Shown here: piece after piece, positions 1-12,595 of the stretch
How the letters are laid out: each line of letters begins with the position of its first letter
How positions within the stretch are numbered: position 1 is the first letter of the stretch
Assembly (NCBI RefSeq): GCF_902459465.1
Contig: NC_047063.1
Coordinates: 18,910,001 to 18,974,000, forward strand
Direction: 5' to 3'
Source: Asterias rubens
Lineage: Eukaryota
Length of the DNA stretch: 64,000 bases
Position numbers and translations under genes: made by a program
The notes under the pieces: model-generated
The model's database searches: none
What the model saw: the letters and a program-made list of their open reading frames with translations, nothing else
Told to the model about the DNA's origin: nothing

Positions 1-111
1 TGTTCGCACTCATCGGAAAAAAAGATAAAAGAGTTTCGCGGAGAGCGATTACATTCACACTCCTTAGAAAATAAAGGTGTGGTTTGTAGTTTATTTTTCA
101 AGTAGAATACA

Positions 112-3100
112 TTAACGTATCTTCCTTTTCTTTGCTGCTACTGAAGGCTGCGGCCGTGCCTTCCGTCGCCTCCTGTCCCGTGAGCGGTTGGTGGTCTTTT
201 TGAGTCGCCCGAGAGGGACCCCCTGGCGCCGTTTGATTAGGGTGTGCTTCTCCACGAGGCTGGCCAGCTTTCCCTGCTCAGCCAGCATGGACAGGAAGGT
301 GCAGATGAAAGGGTCGTAGTTGTGGGAGCGACGGCAATCGTCAATCTGGTAGGGGGAAAAATAACAATAATAATCAGTCATTTTGTTCACATCTAATCCA
401 CTTTGTAATTACTCCACATCAAAGCAGTAAAATACCACGGCCCAATTTCATAAAAGCCTGTAAGCACAAACTTGTGAAGCACAGACAAATATTGCTTAGC
501 AGAAACTGGTTACCTGTCAAAAGTCCATCAAGTAACATTGTTGTGACCGGTATCCAACCCATTTCTTTGCTTAGCACAGATATTTTCTAAGCAGTATTTT
601 TTTCTGAAACTTTATGAAATTGGGCCCTGTATGTACTGTCCCCTGGATCTAGTTAGTGAAAAGGGGTAGTTCCAGCTGATTTCCTACCCTTCCACTTAGG
701 TCATTCAATAAGCAGAACTACTATGTAAGTAGATTCAGAACTTCATGTAAGTACGGTAGTCTCGGTACTGTAGTCTCCAGAATTCTGAAATCTACTCTGT
801 GGCAGCAGAATAGTAAACAAGACCAAAACAACAAAATCTACATAGGAAAGTAGATATTATACACATGTTGTTACTGCAAACTCAATACACATTGATGACA
901 CATTATATCATTAAAGACACTGAACCCTATTGGTAATTGTCAAAGAATAGTCTTCACATTGGTGTATCTCAACATATGCATGAAATAACAAACCTGTGAA
1001 AGTTTGTGCTCAATTGGACATTGAAGTTGCGAGATATTAAAGAAAGAAAAAAAAACACTTGTCGCACCATGGTCACATGAAGTTGTGCGCTTTCAGACAC
1101 TTGATTTCAAGACCTCAAATTCTAAATCTGAGGTCTCAAAATCAAATTTGTGGAAAATTACTTCTTTCTCGAAAAACTACGGCACTTCAGAGGGAGCTGT
1201 TTCTCACAACAGCTCCCCATTAGTAGTAATCAAGAAAGGTTTAATGATAATAATTATTTTGAGTAATTACCAATAGTTTCCACTGCCTTTAAAACTTTTA
1301 ACGAAAATGAAATGTTTTACCTTGTACTTATTCCTCTTCTCATTTTCGTCCAGTAATTTCTGCTCGTAGACATCTATCTCTGCCTCCACACTCTTCAGTA
1401 GCTCTAACAGATCCTGGTTGAAGACAAAAAAAACAAAAAAAACAAAACCTCTACAGAAATTGTTGTTGCTTTTTGGAAGAGAACATTTTTTTCTCCAAGG
1501 AAAATACCTCAAAAGTAATCTAATAAGTTATCCCATTGAGAGCCGTACAAACAAGGGCACCAATCAACAGGCCTGGCATTTTGTGTTTGAGAGGGCAATG
1601 CCATTTTCATTTTGCAAAGGGCACTTTCACTAGGAAAGTCTGTGGGGAACTTTAAAGGGGCACCTACATTGTAGGCAAAGACCTGGGGAAACAGGCTTGG
1701 CGAATTCCCCGAAGTGTGTAGAAGTTTACACTCGTAAAAAAGGTAGTTTACGAAGCAACCTAGCTAGTTATAATTATTTCACATAAATGTAAGATCAGAC
1801 ATCCATTCTTCACGATGCTTTTAAGCATTTCAAGAAGATACACAGTGAAGAAAAGAATGGACACAATACACTGAGTAGGTTTGGGTGAATTTTCCTGTAT
1901 ACACCTAAACCAAGTAGTGCACTCCTTTTTGTCAACCATATCTCAATAAGGGAGAGGATTGAGAGAATTCTGAGTGGGCTGAGACAGAATTAATTTTTGG
2001 CTGCTGAATGCGCCGTAGCACCTTGTAAACCCTTATAAGGTGCTACATAATTGGGTCTCAGAATTCATAACTTCAATTACCTATCTTTCTGTATAAACGC
2101 ATTTATTAAGCGCCTTGAGTACCTTGTCGGTAGATACATGCTCTATATACATTGTAAGACTTTTGACATTATGAGACTTTGATATTATTTGATTATTTTG
2201 ATATTATTTGATTATTAATAACTTTTGTTCATAAATTAAGCAGTTTGGGGTTGGATGCTCCAACGAAAGCTGAGACAGTCTGAGGAATGGTCTCTATATG
2301 TATGCCTGATGAACAGAGATACATGTATAATGATGTAAAGCGCCTTTACCAAGCTACTAGATGCGCTTGATGAGAACCTAGTAGAAATAATATTATTTTA
2401 GTTACTACACTTATGATACGAAAGAAAGACTTACTCGTTGAGCAAAAGGAGGTTTTCCATGTTGTGAGAGCAGCAAGGATGGACTTGCTTGTGCAGCAGG
2501 CATGCCTAAGGATGATGAGCACATTGCATTGTTCAATCCCAGTGTATCCCCTTGTGAAGTCGACGACACCATTGAAGTCGAGTCTGGCAATCCATCAATC
2601 GATGCCCTCTTCAGTGCAGATCTCCGGGTCTGTATAAATCTCCCGCCCGATGATCTGGCCCTGGTATGCCCCTCTGCCACCGATGCTTCAAGCTGGGCGT
2701 TGAGGTCTGTGACTGTGCTGGACTTCCAGTGTTGGAACTTTAGAAGCTTGGTCATGTTTGGACTGCAGGATCGCGAGGCAGTCGCTGAGCAGATAGGCGA
2801 GTTAAAGGCACTACCCATCTCCGAGGCAGTGTCGGTGCTGCCCGAACTGGACGAGGGCGAGGGCATTTCTTTATTCTCAAACACCGTCTGAATGCTAAGC
2901 TGCTTTGACATATCATATCTACCATCGACAGTCTTTGGTTGTGAATGGATCTGAGGATCTAGACCCTTCTCCTCCTTAAAAGTTACTCGAAGTATGGAAG
3001 ACTCTCCCCTGTCCGCATCGCCGACGTTCTTCTTCAAGATACTCTCCGTCTTGTAGTCTCGAGAGCGTGCATTCTTCCCATCTACATCACTTTCGTCATC

Positions 3101-6100
3101 GGTGAGGTAGTTGCTCTCCGATTCACTCGTGGAGGACGCCGACGAGAGTGCGGAGATGTCATCGTCTGACATGAGCGGTGACTTGGCATAATTGTGACTA
3201 TCCAAAGCTGGGGGTAATCTGAGGGGTGTAAAAGATGGGAAGAGGTTCTAAGTCTCTTTTGCTATTTGATGCAGTACAAGTAGAATCATTCAACATCAAA
3301 CCTCTCATTCTTGTTTTGTTACTACTCAACAAACTACTTTAAAACGGAGGGGCAAGAAGGAAAAACAGTCAGGAAATAGAAAAACAATAGTCATGACTGC
3401 TATGGTTGTGTAACGCATGTAAAATAACCCAGTGCACTTATCAAAAAGAGAAGGCACATTGCACCACAGCACCTTGTGAACCATTCAACGGTGCTTTAGA
3501 AGAATAGGTCTCATACATGCACTTCAAAGGATAGCTCCACATACCTTGCAGGAAAAAATACTGAGCACTTTGATACGCCCCTTAGAATTAGATTTAGATA
3601 AGAATTATTTATTTAGCCAGCGTTAACAAGTTTAAAAACCAAAACATCGAAAAATTGTAGTGCACCTCAAGCTCTCTAGAATTTACAATGAACAAAATTA
3701 CAAAAATTACTAAATTACTTTATTAGGGGCAAGAAGTTAGTCTCTCACCACTGGGATGAGTTCAGTGGTCTGAGAGCTTTAAAACATAGTCATCTAGAAT
3801 GCAGCAAGATAAAAAGTTCTCTTACCTATAGGGTTGGAGTGTCTCGAAACTCTTTATTTTCTTGGAATGTTTTTTGTGCTTCTTGTGTTTCTTCTTCTTT
3901 TTCTTCTTCTTTTTCTTAGAAGCAGAGGAGGAGCTCCCTTGGTGATGATCCTTGGAGGGATTCCAGTCCGGATCTCGGAGCTCCCTCGGTACAAAGCGTC
4001 TGGCGTTGGGAACCGTCTGATGGGCAGGCAACGGTTGATGTGTGGACGCCTCGCTCGTGGTATCCGGTAGGTGCATCGGGGTCACTGGTTTATGTGTGGG
4101 AACCAGACTGTGAGCGGGGAGGGTTGGAGGGGAGGGAAGCGGTTGGTGCGCAGTTGTGTCGTGATGGCGCATTGGGCTAGGGGCCCGCATGGAGTCCGCC
4201 GACGTTGGTTCCGATTCAGACATTTGTAGGGAGAGCTGATGCTTTGCCTCGACGAACAGATGAGGATGGGTAGCCTGAATTAACTGCGGGATATGATCAA
4301 AAAAAAGTGTTTAGGTTGGTTTAGAAAGTGGGCGGGTTAATAAAAGGATGAACTACATTCTTTTTCCTAAACCTGAAAAACTTAAAAACATAAACTTAAA
4401 TTGCAATCTAACAATAACAAGCTAAATTAAAAGTGAATCTATCGCAAAAATTCTATATAAATAATATCTATACATAAAAATAGTATTAATTATATTGTTA
4501 TTTGATTACTTTCCTTTCCATCTTTGTTTTTTTTTACAATGCATCCCAGCCTTTAAGCTTTTGCCGTTCATGCCTACAGTCTCAGTCTCTGCATGTATTA
4601 ACTGATCAACATTCAAGTTACTTATTTTGATTCAGGTATGGGAATAAATATTGACGATTGAACCTGATTGAACCTAAAATAATAGAGTACATTTAAAATG
4701 CACCATATCTGTCATAAGTAATACTCCTGGCGCAAGAAAACTATAAAACGTTGCGGAGCTTGTTTAGAATATTTGTAGGGGGTGAAGCAGCCATTACACA
4801 ACACTGGACACTATTGGTTATTGTCAAAGACCAGTCTCCTCACATAGTGTATCTCAACATTTATATATTTATGCATAGAATAACAAACCTGTATAAATTC
4901 AAGCTCAATTTGTCACTGAAGTTGCGAGATAATAATGGAAGAAAAAACACCCTTGTCGCACAAAGTTGAGTGCTTTCAGATGCTTGATTTTGAGACCTCA
5001 AATCTAAATCCGAGGTCTCTAAATCAAATTCGTGGAAAATTGCTTCTTTCTCGAAAACTATGTTACTTCAGAGGGAGCCGGTTCTCACAAAGTTTATTCT
5101 ATAACAGCTCCCCATTACTCGTTACCAAGTAAGTTTTTATGCTAATAATTATTTTGAGTAATTACCAATGGTCCAAACTGCCTTTAAAGGGGTACATTAT
5201 GAGGTGGGGGCATACTGCTGCAAGACCATGCCAGAAACAACAGGGGCAAACCCCTTCTCTTTACTTTACATTAAGTGGACTAGCTTAAGGACACAGTGTG
5301 AAGACAGAAACTTAAACCCATACTCTGCTGATCAGACCCACCAGAGCTCAAGTATGGTGTGCTTGACCGCTCAGTGACCACATGCCACGGTTGTAATTGT
5401 TATATTGTATTGAGCAAAAGATAGTTAATGGCTTAGCAGAGTCTTCCTTGATACCATACATTACATGAATGCATCAATATAAACATATTATTTAAACGCA
5501 CATCAAATAAACATTTGAGAGAACATTTTGACTATCCAAAAAATTAGCCGCCTGAACTCGGCCATTGAGTGTATAATTTGGTTTACCTGATCCAAAGCGT
5601 CAAGTATAATCTGTTTGTTGTTCTTGAGGGTGTCTAGTTTCTGCTCGTAGGATTGGCATCTGTCACCAACCACGGCCATCAGGTTAAATCGGATGTCAGA
5701 CGATCCACTGTAAAAGTCAAAATTTAAATAATAAAAATTGAAGATTCTTACAAATAGGTAGATATTTGTTCCTTGGAAAAAGAAGAAACAGTTTATTGAG
5801 TACAAGGGGCTGACCTTAAAGTACAGAATAATCTACAGAAGACTTTTCAGGCTATGGAAAGGTTTGCGGTAACACCATGAGTTGGGGTGGTTCTAAAAAG
5901 AACCGTTGTTTTCAACTCGACGTTTCGATCAGTTCTTTTCAGAACCACCCCCAACTCATTAAAGATAGTCATTACATGGTGTTACTGCAAACCTTTCCAT
6001 ATCGTATTTCCACCATGCAAAGTTTCAAATCCTACTTTTCAAATCAGCAAAAATTAGAAATCAGACTTTAAAACAATGTCATACCTTAAGACATTCAGCA

Positions 6101-9100
6101 AAATGTTTGCTTTTTTTTCACTCAATTGCAATTATGCAAAGTCAGAAATACATGTACTGACCCCAGACAGTTTCAAACTAAGCATAATAATATAATTTTT
6201 TATTAGTAACAATGATTTCTGCTGCACCAATTCTGCCTAAAAGATGCTCAACAGTTTGTTCACAAACAATGTAGACGATGTGAAGTTTCAGTTGAACCCG
6301 ATGTCGGATGAATTAGAGGAAGTTTTTAAACAAAGCTTCAATATCCTCCTACCCTTCGTTTTCCAGTCTCTCTCCGATAACTCGTCTAAACTTCTCTGTC
6401 CAGTCCTCATTCTCTCCCCACAGTCCTGAAAATCCACAAAATATTGAAATTTGATGATTTCATTTTTAGACACTCTGGTGATTACAATCAATCATTTATT
6501 AAAGCCCCAGGGCAAAGGCAAAACCACGACCAGCAGCCAATTACACGAAATGCTAGGATTTATCCTATCTCAAATTAGGATGGGTAACCCATCCTAAGGA
6601 TGGGTTCAATGCATCCTTACGTCTTTAGATATGAAATTTAACTCATCCCAAGTTAGGAGATTTTGTGAAACCGTCTCAGGGCCAAGACCAAGGTTTGGCC
6701 CATTAGTCCTGGTCATGGTGAAGACATTCAATAGGAATTTGAATAAGCTTTCAAATTTATCTTTTATTTTTTCATTTATTATTCGTGTTTTACGGTTTAT
6801 CTGCTCTCTTGCTTTTTTGTATTGTATCAGGGCCAAGACCAAGGTTTGGCCTATTAGTCCTGGTCAGGGTGAAGACATTCAATAGGAATTCGAATAAGCA
6901 TTCAAATTTATTTTTTATTTTAAATTGATTGTTCGCGTCTTCTTTAATATTTTATGGTTTATCTGCTGTCTTGCTTTTTTGTGTTGTGTATTTATTTTTA
7001 TTATTTTTTTAATTTGTAATACATGTTATATGGTAATGTGCAAACCAACGAAATGATTTTCTTGCTGGCATGACAACAAAATAATATTGAATTTAATTGA
7101 ATACTGCAGTTCTTGTGTATATATATTGTTTGTGTAATTGCTTTTTACTTGCGATCTTTTGTTCTAATTTTTACTGCAATTTTAGAGTGTTTTATGTATC
7201 ATATATAATGGTGTTCTTTGTATGAGCTAGGTTTGGGAGGGAACATCTTTTTTGATGACAATTTTTTTACTTTTGCCCTTCCCTGGACGACCTGTGCTTA
7301 ATTTATTGTTTGTCTGAAGTATTAAAATAAAATTAAATAAATAAAGGTCTCGGAAGAAAACACCAAATCCCAGTGCATTTTGTGAGAGTGCTTCTCGTCT
7401 GTAGTTTAACTTATCAGGGTTTCCCAGCAAGGAATCTCAAGGGGAAGTGGTTAATAGTCAATAACCAATAATCAATACTCACCATGATCGATCGGGTGTG
7501 GTTTCAAGCCATCCAGTTCTATCAACCTGTCCTTGATGGGTACGTAGCTGACAAAGTGAAATGTCTCCCTCGCTCTGGTTGTTAAGATCCCGATCTGCTT
7601 CTCCGGGATTTGTCTCGGCTCGGGGTGGGCGTGGGAATTGTGGATCTGAGCAAGCTCGGGGACATTTCCAATGGCATAACCTTTGTTCTGTTTTTTTTTA
7701 AAGAAAAACAGAACAAATATGAGGATTGGGTTTTAAATTTGAACAATAATGCATTTCTGTAAAACATCAAGTTATTATACCCAAACAAATAACAAAATAA
7801 ATTCAAGAAGAGATTTTACCTCTGGACCAAAGTCCCTTGTATAGTCTCTGAGACTGCTGAGAGTTTCTCCGAGCTTTATACTGGGGCAGTTTAATAACAC
7901 ACTGAGCAGTGCATGGGTAGCACATGAGTTAGGTACGATCTGTACATGAAGAAACAAAATCAAGTTGGAACAAATAATAAATCTATAAAAATAAACACCA
8001 AAATATGAAATAAAATTTAAATTTGCAGTCACTTATTTTTTTTTCGAAAAGTTACCAAATTCTGTTCTGTTTTATAATGAGGTACACAGTTTAAAATTGA
8101 AACTGTTTTTAACTGTTAACCTGTGTCTCATTTTGCAAGTTTGCCCAAAACAAGGACGAAAAACATAGAAATGCAGAAACTCTGTGGAGCTGAGGGTAGG
8201 AATTGATATTCCTCTTAAAAGATGGCAGATCACGTAGCATGAAGGGAAACATGCACCAGGCAAGGAGTTCCAAAGAGATGCAGTACGAGGGAAAAAGCTA
8301 CTGGAGTAAGTAGCTCTTTGTTCTATATCTCGGCACAGCCACAGTATAAAGATGAGAACAAGCAGAATGCCTGGTCTCATGCTCAAACACCCTGACAGGA
8401 GGAACGAGGTTGATAGACTGATTTTAGAACATTCACCATGGAAATATCTGTAAATATACTCATTACATTATGATACTCAACAGAATAGAAAGATAGTTAC
8501 TACAATCAATGTCAACAGTTAAACATCATCTTATTGTGTTTAAAGATATTATACAGTATCAGTAAGGTATTGTACAGTGTTGTAGCTAGACTAGTTTTAG
8601 TGGTGGGCTCTAAATCCAATTTAGTCCACCAAGGGCGAGCGGTTCAACAAAATGATTCATGTTTAGATATGGGGCCATCATTGCTGAAGTGCAATCTGTG
8701 CTGTGCAGCACAGTGTATTTTGCTCAGAGTGCTGGGTGAAATTTGTTAGTTCTGGGCAGGCCCGCCCCGCACCCCCATCGTGGCTACAACACTGGTATTG
8801 AATTTCAATTGAAAAACACAAGACCGCTGGACTTGTCCGATCACGAGTTTAATGGCTTCAGCCATGTGGTCATGCCTAAAATTTGAGCCCTAATTGCAGT
8901 TTGGTTCAAACCTCCTACGAATGCGATGCAAATTTAGACCTCCCCAATTCGCAACGAACAATGCAGAGGAGTTGAGAGGCGCTGAACTCATGCATAACAT
9001 TTGAAGGGTAAACAGAGCTGTATCACCAATGTCGCTTTGCATGAAGCATTCGCCGGAATATCAACCGGCAGACCTGACACTTCACACGGAGGCAACGAAG

Positions 9101-10999
9101 GCAATTGCCTCAATGCCCCCTGGTCATTGCCTTGGTGCCCTTGAAAAGCTTCACAGTAGAGATTTACAATTTCCTCATAGGATGCCCTTTTCCAAAGGAG
9201 AAAATGCCTTGGTGCCCTTGCCCTTTCCAAACCAGGCTTTACTCATCTCACCTGATGGGCAAAGAACATATCACGAGTCGCTTGGATATCCGTCAGGTAC
9301 GCCTCGTCACCATTAGGCTGGACCTTCCGACGAGCCCTCCTCTCCTCAATCCATTTGAAGAGGAAGATAAACCCGTAGACAGGGCCCTCGATTGGTTTCT
9401 GTAGATCATAAATCTCCTCCACCTGCACTCCTGTCACACCTGATGTCGGACAAATCAATCAACAACAACATTTACATAATAAATAGCTGATAGAACACAC
9501 TATAACGATAGAATTTGTTTATACTTCCAACATGTACTTTATGCATAGAGGAAGGACCAAGGTAGGGGTCATTGTTTGGTTTTGTAAACATATTGCTGAC
9601 TTACTGGTAAAAGTGTCACGAAAGATACAATCATTTCTGAATCGTTTCTCAGATTCAAATGTTTTTACTGATTTCTAAACAACAGAGGCATTTCAGAAAC
9701 TTTTTTTAACATAATTTGAAACTGTTTATTGTACACAACTTGTAATATTTAATTGAACTGCACAGTATTTTCTGGAGTTCCGGGGCAGTGTGCTCCTCTA
9801 CCTTTTTCTTATACTCTTATTATAAAGGCCTATGGGCCTACATTGTTGTGAGTGCATTCAACTGTTCAAATGTACTAATAAAAATAAATGCTTACCAAAT
9901 TCTTCAACCAGTAATGTGAAGAGACCTGTGTAAAATTTAATACAAAATAGATGAACTACAAATTTCACCAAACAATATTGAAAGAAAACAGTTTTGATAC
10001 AAATGTGTAAAATTGAAACACAAAGTGTTTTTTATTATTATAAAACAACCCAAACTTTGTAATTTTAAAAAGGTTTGTTTAGTAGCCTAAAATAAAATGA
10101 GTAATTACACAAAAATGTTTTCTGCGGGTATAATGGTAACGTCCATGACGCCCAGGTACGTCGAAAGACAACAAGGCAGATATTACCGGTCGTTACTAGC
10201 CCACCTTGTTGAGCTGTTAATGGCTCCGCTTTTAACATCGGTCTCATCACTGTCACCATTACAGCCCACCTTCGATACATGTCTTAAACGCTAAGTTTTC
10301 AAAGGTCGCAAAATGCATGGTAGTTTGATTGCAAATTTCTCCCATTTAAAAAAGTCCTATACTACTCCAACATACCTCGTTTTATTCCTTACATTTGTGG
10401 AATTACTATGACACATAACAGGGCTTACTAAATGATGACTTTGTCCAGATGTGATGATTTGAAAATTGGTCCCAAAAATCATGTACAAAAATTACATTTA
10501 ACGTGACATAATCTTGGGCGCCGCCATGTTTTAATGATTCTCCTCCCTGTTGATCGGGCTACGGTCGTTACTAATTCGGGGTAATAAAACAACCCTATTT
10601 TTACAATTTTAGTAAAAAATGTAGTTTCTCAGTTAATTAAAAATACAACCTTTTCAACACAGACAGGTTCAGGTTGAAAGTGATTAAATGACCCTTCCTT
10701 CTGCATATAGTTTACGGTTGGCTTATGTTCAAATGTTCTATAGTATTAAAGTGCATTTAACATTGGAATTGTGGTGAGTTGTCGTGAGGGGTCGGTATTT
10801 AATATTATTAGTGCGACCGGTTCCACACAAAACATTTTCACGAAACTAGTGCAGTGTGATTTGACGTGCAAAAAAACAACATTCGATTCGAGCGAGTAAT
10901 TTCCACTAGACATGCTAGAGAAGCCTTTTTAGATACTAAACTGAGCAAATACGTTGACTTACCAGGATCACTCTCAAGCTCAAGCCACCCGTCGTTCAT
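112..10999 (-). CDS. BAP1: BAP1/calypso ubiquitin C-terminal hydrolase, 11 coding exons, 780 aa
   Basis: Exons in transcript order: 10963-10999, 9896-9925, 9252-9439, 7820-7939, 7483-7687, 6353-6425, 5587-5707, 3826-4283, 2435-3218, 1321-1413, 112-345; 2343 nt in total, all GT-AG and in phase. Begins [38 protein letters not shown] catalytic motifs are FAHQ, PNSCATH, FHFVSY and ELDG. The C-terminal ULD ([13 protein letters not shown]...[25 protein letters not shown]) is followed by a basic NLS tail. Confidence 0.97.
439..626. mobile_element. MITE with TIR GGCCCAATTTCATAAA (a split copy spans about 13185-13635)
   Basis: GGCCCAATTTCATAAA ... TTTATGAAATTGGGCC. Confidence 0.72.
915..1288. mobile_element. 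Kolobok-type MITE (about 380 bp), BAP1 intron 10
   Basis: TTAA|AGACACTG...CACTGCCT|TTAA; TIR core GGACACTATTGGTAATT; RR...YY termini with TTAA TSD, as in the Kolobok superfamily. Confidence 0.8.
4801..5183. mobile_element. Kolobok-type MITE copy (left end damaged)
   Basis: Same internal sequence as 915-1288; right end CTGCCT|TTAA. Confidence 0.78.
5270..5392 (-). mobile_element. Degenerate tRNA-derived SINE fragment
   Basis: Minus strand reads ...GAGCGGTCAAGCACACC...CTCTGGTGGGTCTGATCAGCAGAGT...TGTGTCCTTAAGC, a SINE head and core pattern. Confidence 0.55.
6553..6670. repeat. Interspersed repeat fragment (related copy 63730-63880)
   Basis: Shared TCCTATCTC...TAGGA.G.GTAACCC.TCCTAA...GATGGGTTCA...AAGTTAGGA...GTGAAA. 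Confidence 0.6.
6677..6989. repeat. Direct tandem duplication of about 151 bp in BAP1 intron 5
   Basis: CAGGGCCAAGACCAAGGTTTGGCC...GAAGACATTCAATAGGAATT begins at both 6677 and 6828. Confidence 0.85.
8130..8420 (-). mobile_element. CR1-group LINE 3' fragment in BAP1 intron 3
   Basis: Translated [17 protein letters not shown], typical of the RT ORF2 tail; a related fragment (GAGGAATATCAATTCCTACC) occurs on + near 35440-35560. Confidence 0.72.
8575..8794. mobile_element. MITE with TIR CAGTGTTGTAGC
   Basis: CAGTGTTGTAGC ... GCTACAACACTG. Confidence 0.6.
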
Positions 11000-11418
11000 C
11001 TTACAATAACAAATGATAACAGTTCAGTCTCCATAAGTTGTCTTTTACGACGGCCAAAAACCACAAACCTGACAAAATGTCAAAAACAAAACACGAGTGC
11101 AATCAACATTACGCCCTCTATTGCTGGATGCTTCTCTCAAAATAATGGTGCGCCAAGTTATTAGACTGGCAAAAATAGTCTTCCCACTTGTTCTCTATGT
11201 GCATATAATGGCTGGACGGCGTGCGGAGGCTTTGAAAGTAAAAGTTACGCATGAAAGTTTTGGGTTTTTTAAATTACCACGTCCTGGAGGTTATTAGGTG
11301 TTCGGGCCAACAGCCCAGATCACCTCTTATTTTTGTTCAGTTTCACATCATCGGAAAGGTCATTAAAAACTCCGTAAACGTCTCGAAGACATGACCCCAT
11401 TTTAACCTTGTCTTCCGG

Positions 11419-12015
11419 TGTCAGATGCAATTGTGTCCGCCATGCAATACTGGACACTTTTGCATATGCAATCGTGTCCGGGGCTATGCAAAAACCGTCC
11501 GGCGGACATGTACATGACTGTCACGTAGTGCGTGTAAGCGAGCGTGCATGCACTGATATGCAGTATGAATATTCACGTATTTTATGATTGCAGCGAATAC
11601 CAACGGCCGAACATTTCCCATGCCATTCATGGCATGCACTTACTGACTTAGCTTGTAAAAATTGGCGAACGTGTTCCGTTGACCAAGCGCGTTTAATTTA
11701 CTGCAAGGACGGTTTTGCACGGGGGCGGACACAACTGCATATGCAAATGTGTCCGGGCGGACACAATTGCATCATGCAGCAGCGTCCGGGAGACACGATT
11801 GCATATGCAAAACCGTCCGGCGGACATTATGCAATAATGTCCTCGGATAGTATTGCATAGAGGACATAATTGCATGCGATACCGGTTCACAGGTGCATCA
11901 TGCAGCAGCGTCCGGGAGACACGATTGCATATGCAAAACCGTCCGGCAGACATTATTGCATATGCAATAATGTCTTCCGAATAGTATTGCATAGAGGACA
12001 TAATTGCATGCGACA
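11419..12015. mobile_element. Non-autonomous Ginger1-like TIR element upstream of BAP1
   Basis: CCGG|TGTCAGATGCAATTGTGTCC...GGACATAATTGCATGCGACA|CCGG; long imperfect TIRs; right end of about 125 bp tandemly duplicated. The superfamily label rests on recalled TGTNR-terminus and CCGG-TSD rules. Confidence 0.65.
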
Positions 12016-12595
12016 CCGGTTCAAAATTGAGGTTGAAAAATTCCACCATTGGTCGTGCGTAAAGATTTTACACATATAACACGTGTGTATGTCGCCTCCC
12101 GATCCCCTCCTCACCTTCTCTCTTGCGTTCATGCGCTTTTATTCTTCTCCGTTTTTGGAAGTTTTCTTAAAATAAATAGATAAATAGGTGTATAAATGGG
12201 TACATGAGAGGGCAGAGACAGTGGTGTATTTGATTATTCCCTTAGCACTGAATTAGACACTTTCTTGAGGTAGTATGCTCCCGGGGAGTTGCGAAAGTTA
12301 GTAGAGGAATGGTCTAAAAGTGTGCCCGATGAATGTTGTAAATGTCAACCTTTAACTCCCTGCAGCTTGGACTATTGTACATCCATGTTCGGCCTTAGTA
12401 GGAACGACAGGATCGAAACGTCAGGTCATTATTAACTTCTTCTACTTTTTTCATTCGAATAAATGTTAACCATTTTGCACACAACAAGACACTCAAAACG
12501 TATAACTTACGTCAGTTTTGTAGTTTATTTGGAAAAGCACTCGTAACACCATTTTGCTCACATATTAATGAAGAAACGTCAAGCTCGCTACTTAA

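Noticed and set aside
1085-1276. Many short ORFs with [12 protein letters not shown] or LISRPQ-type peptides (e.g. 4935, 21356, 27932, 29600, 46112, 46126, 47892, 55537)
   Set aside because: All are translations of the non-coding Kolobok MITE body, not a gene family.
2413-2891. Plus-strand ORFs antisense to BAP1 exon 9 (also 3834-4070 and 9029-9404)
   Set aside because: Shadow ORFs of a coding exon or a repeat, with no recognisable motifs or splice support.
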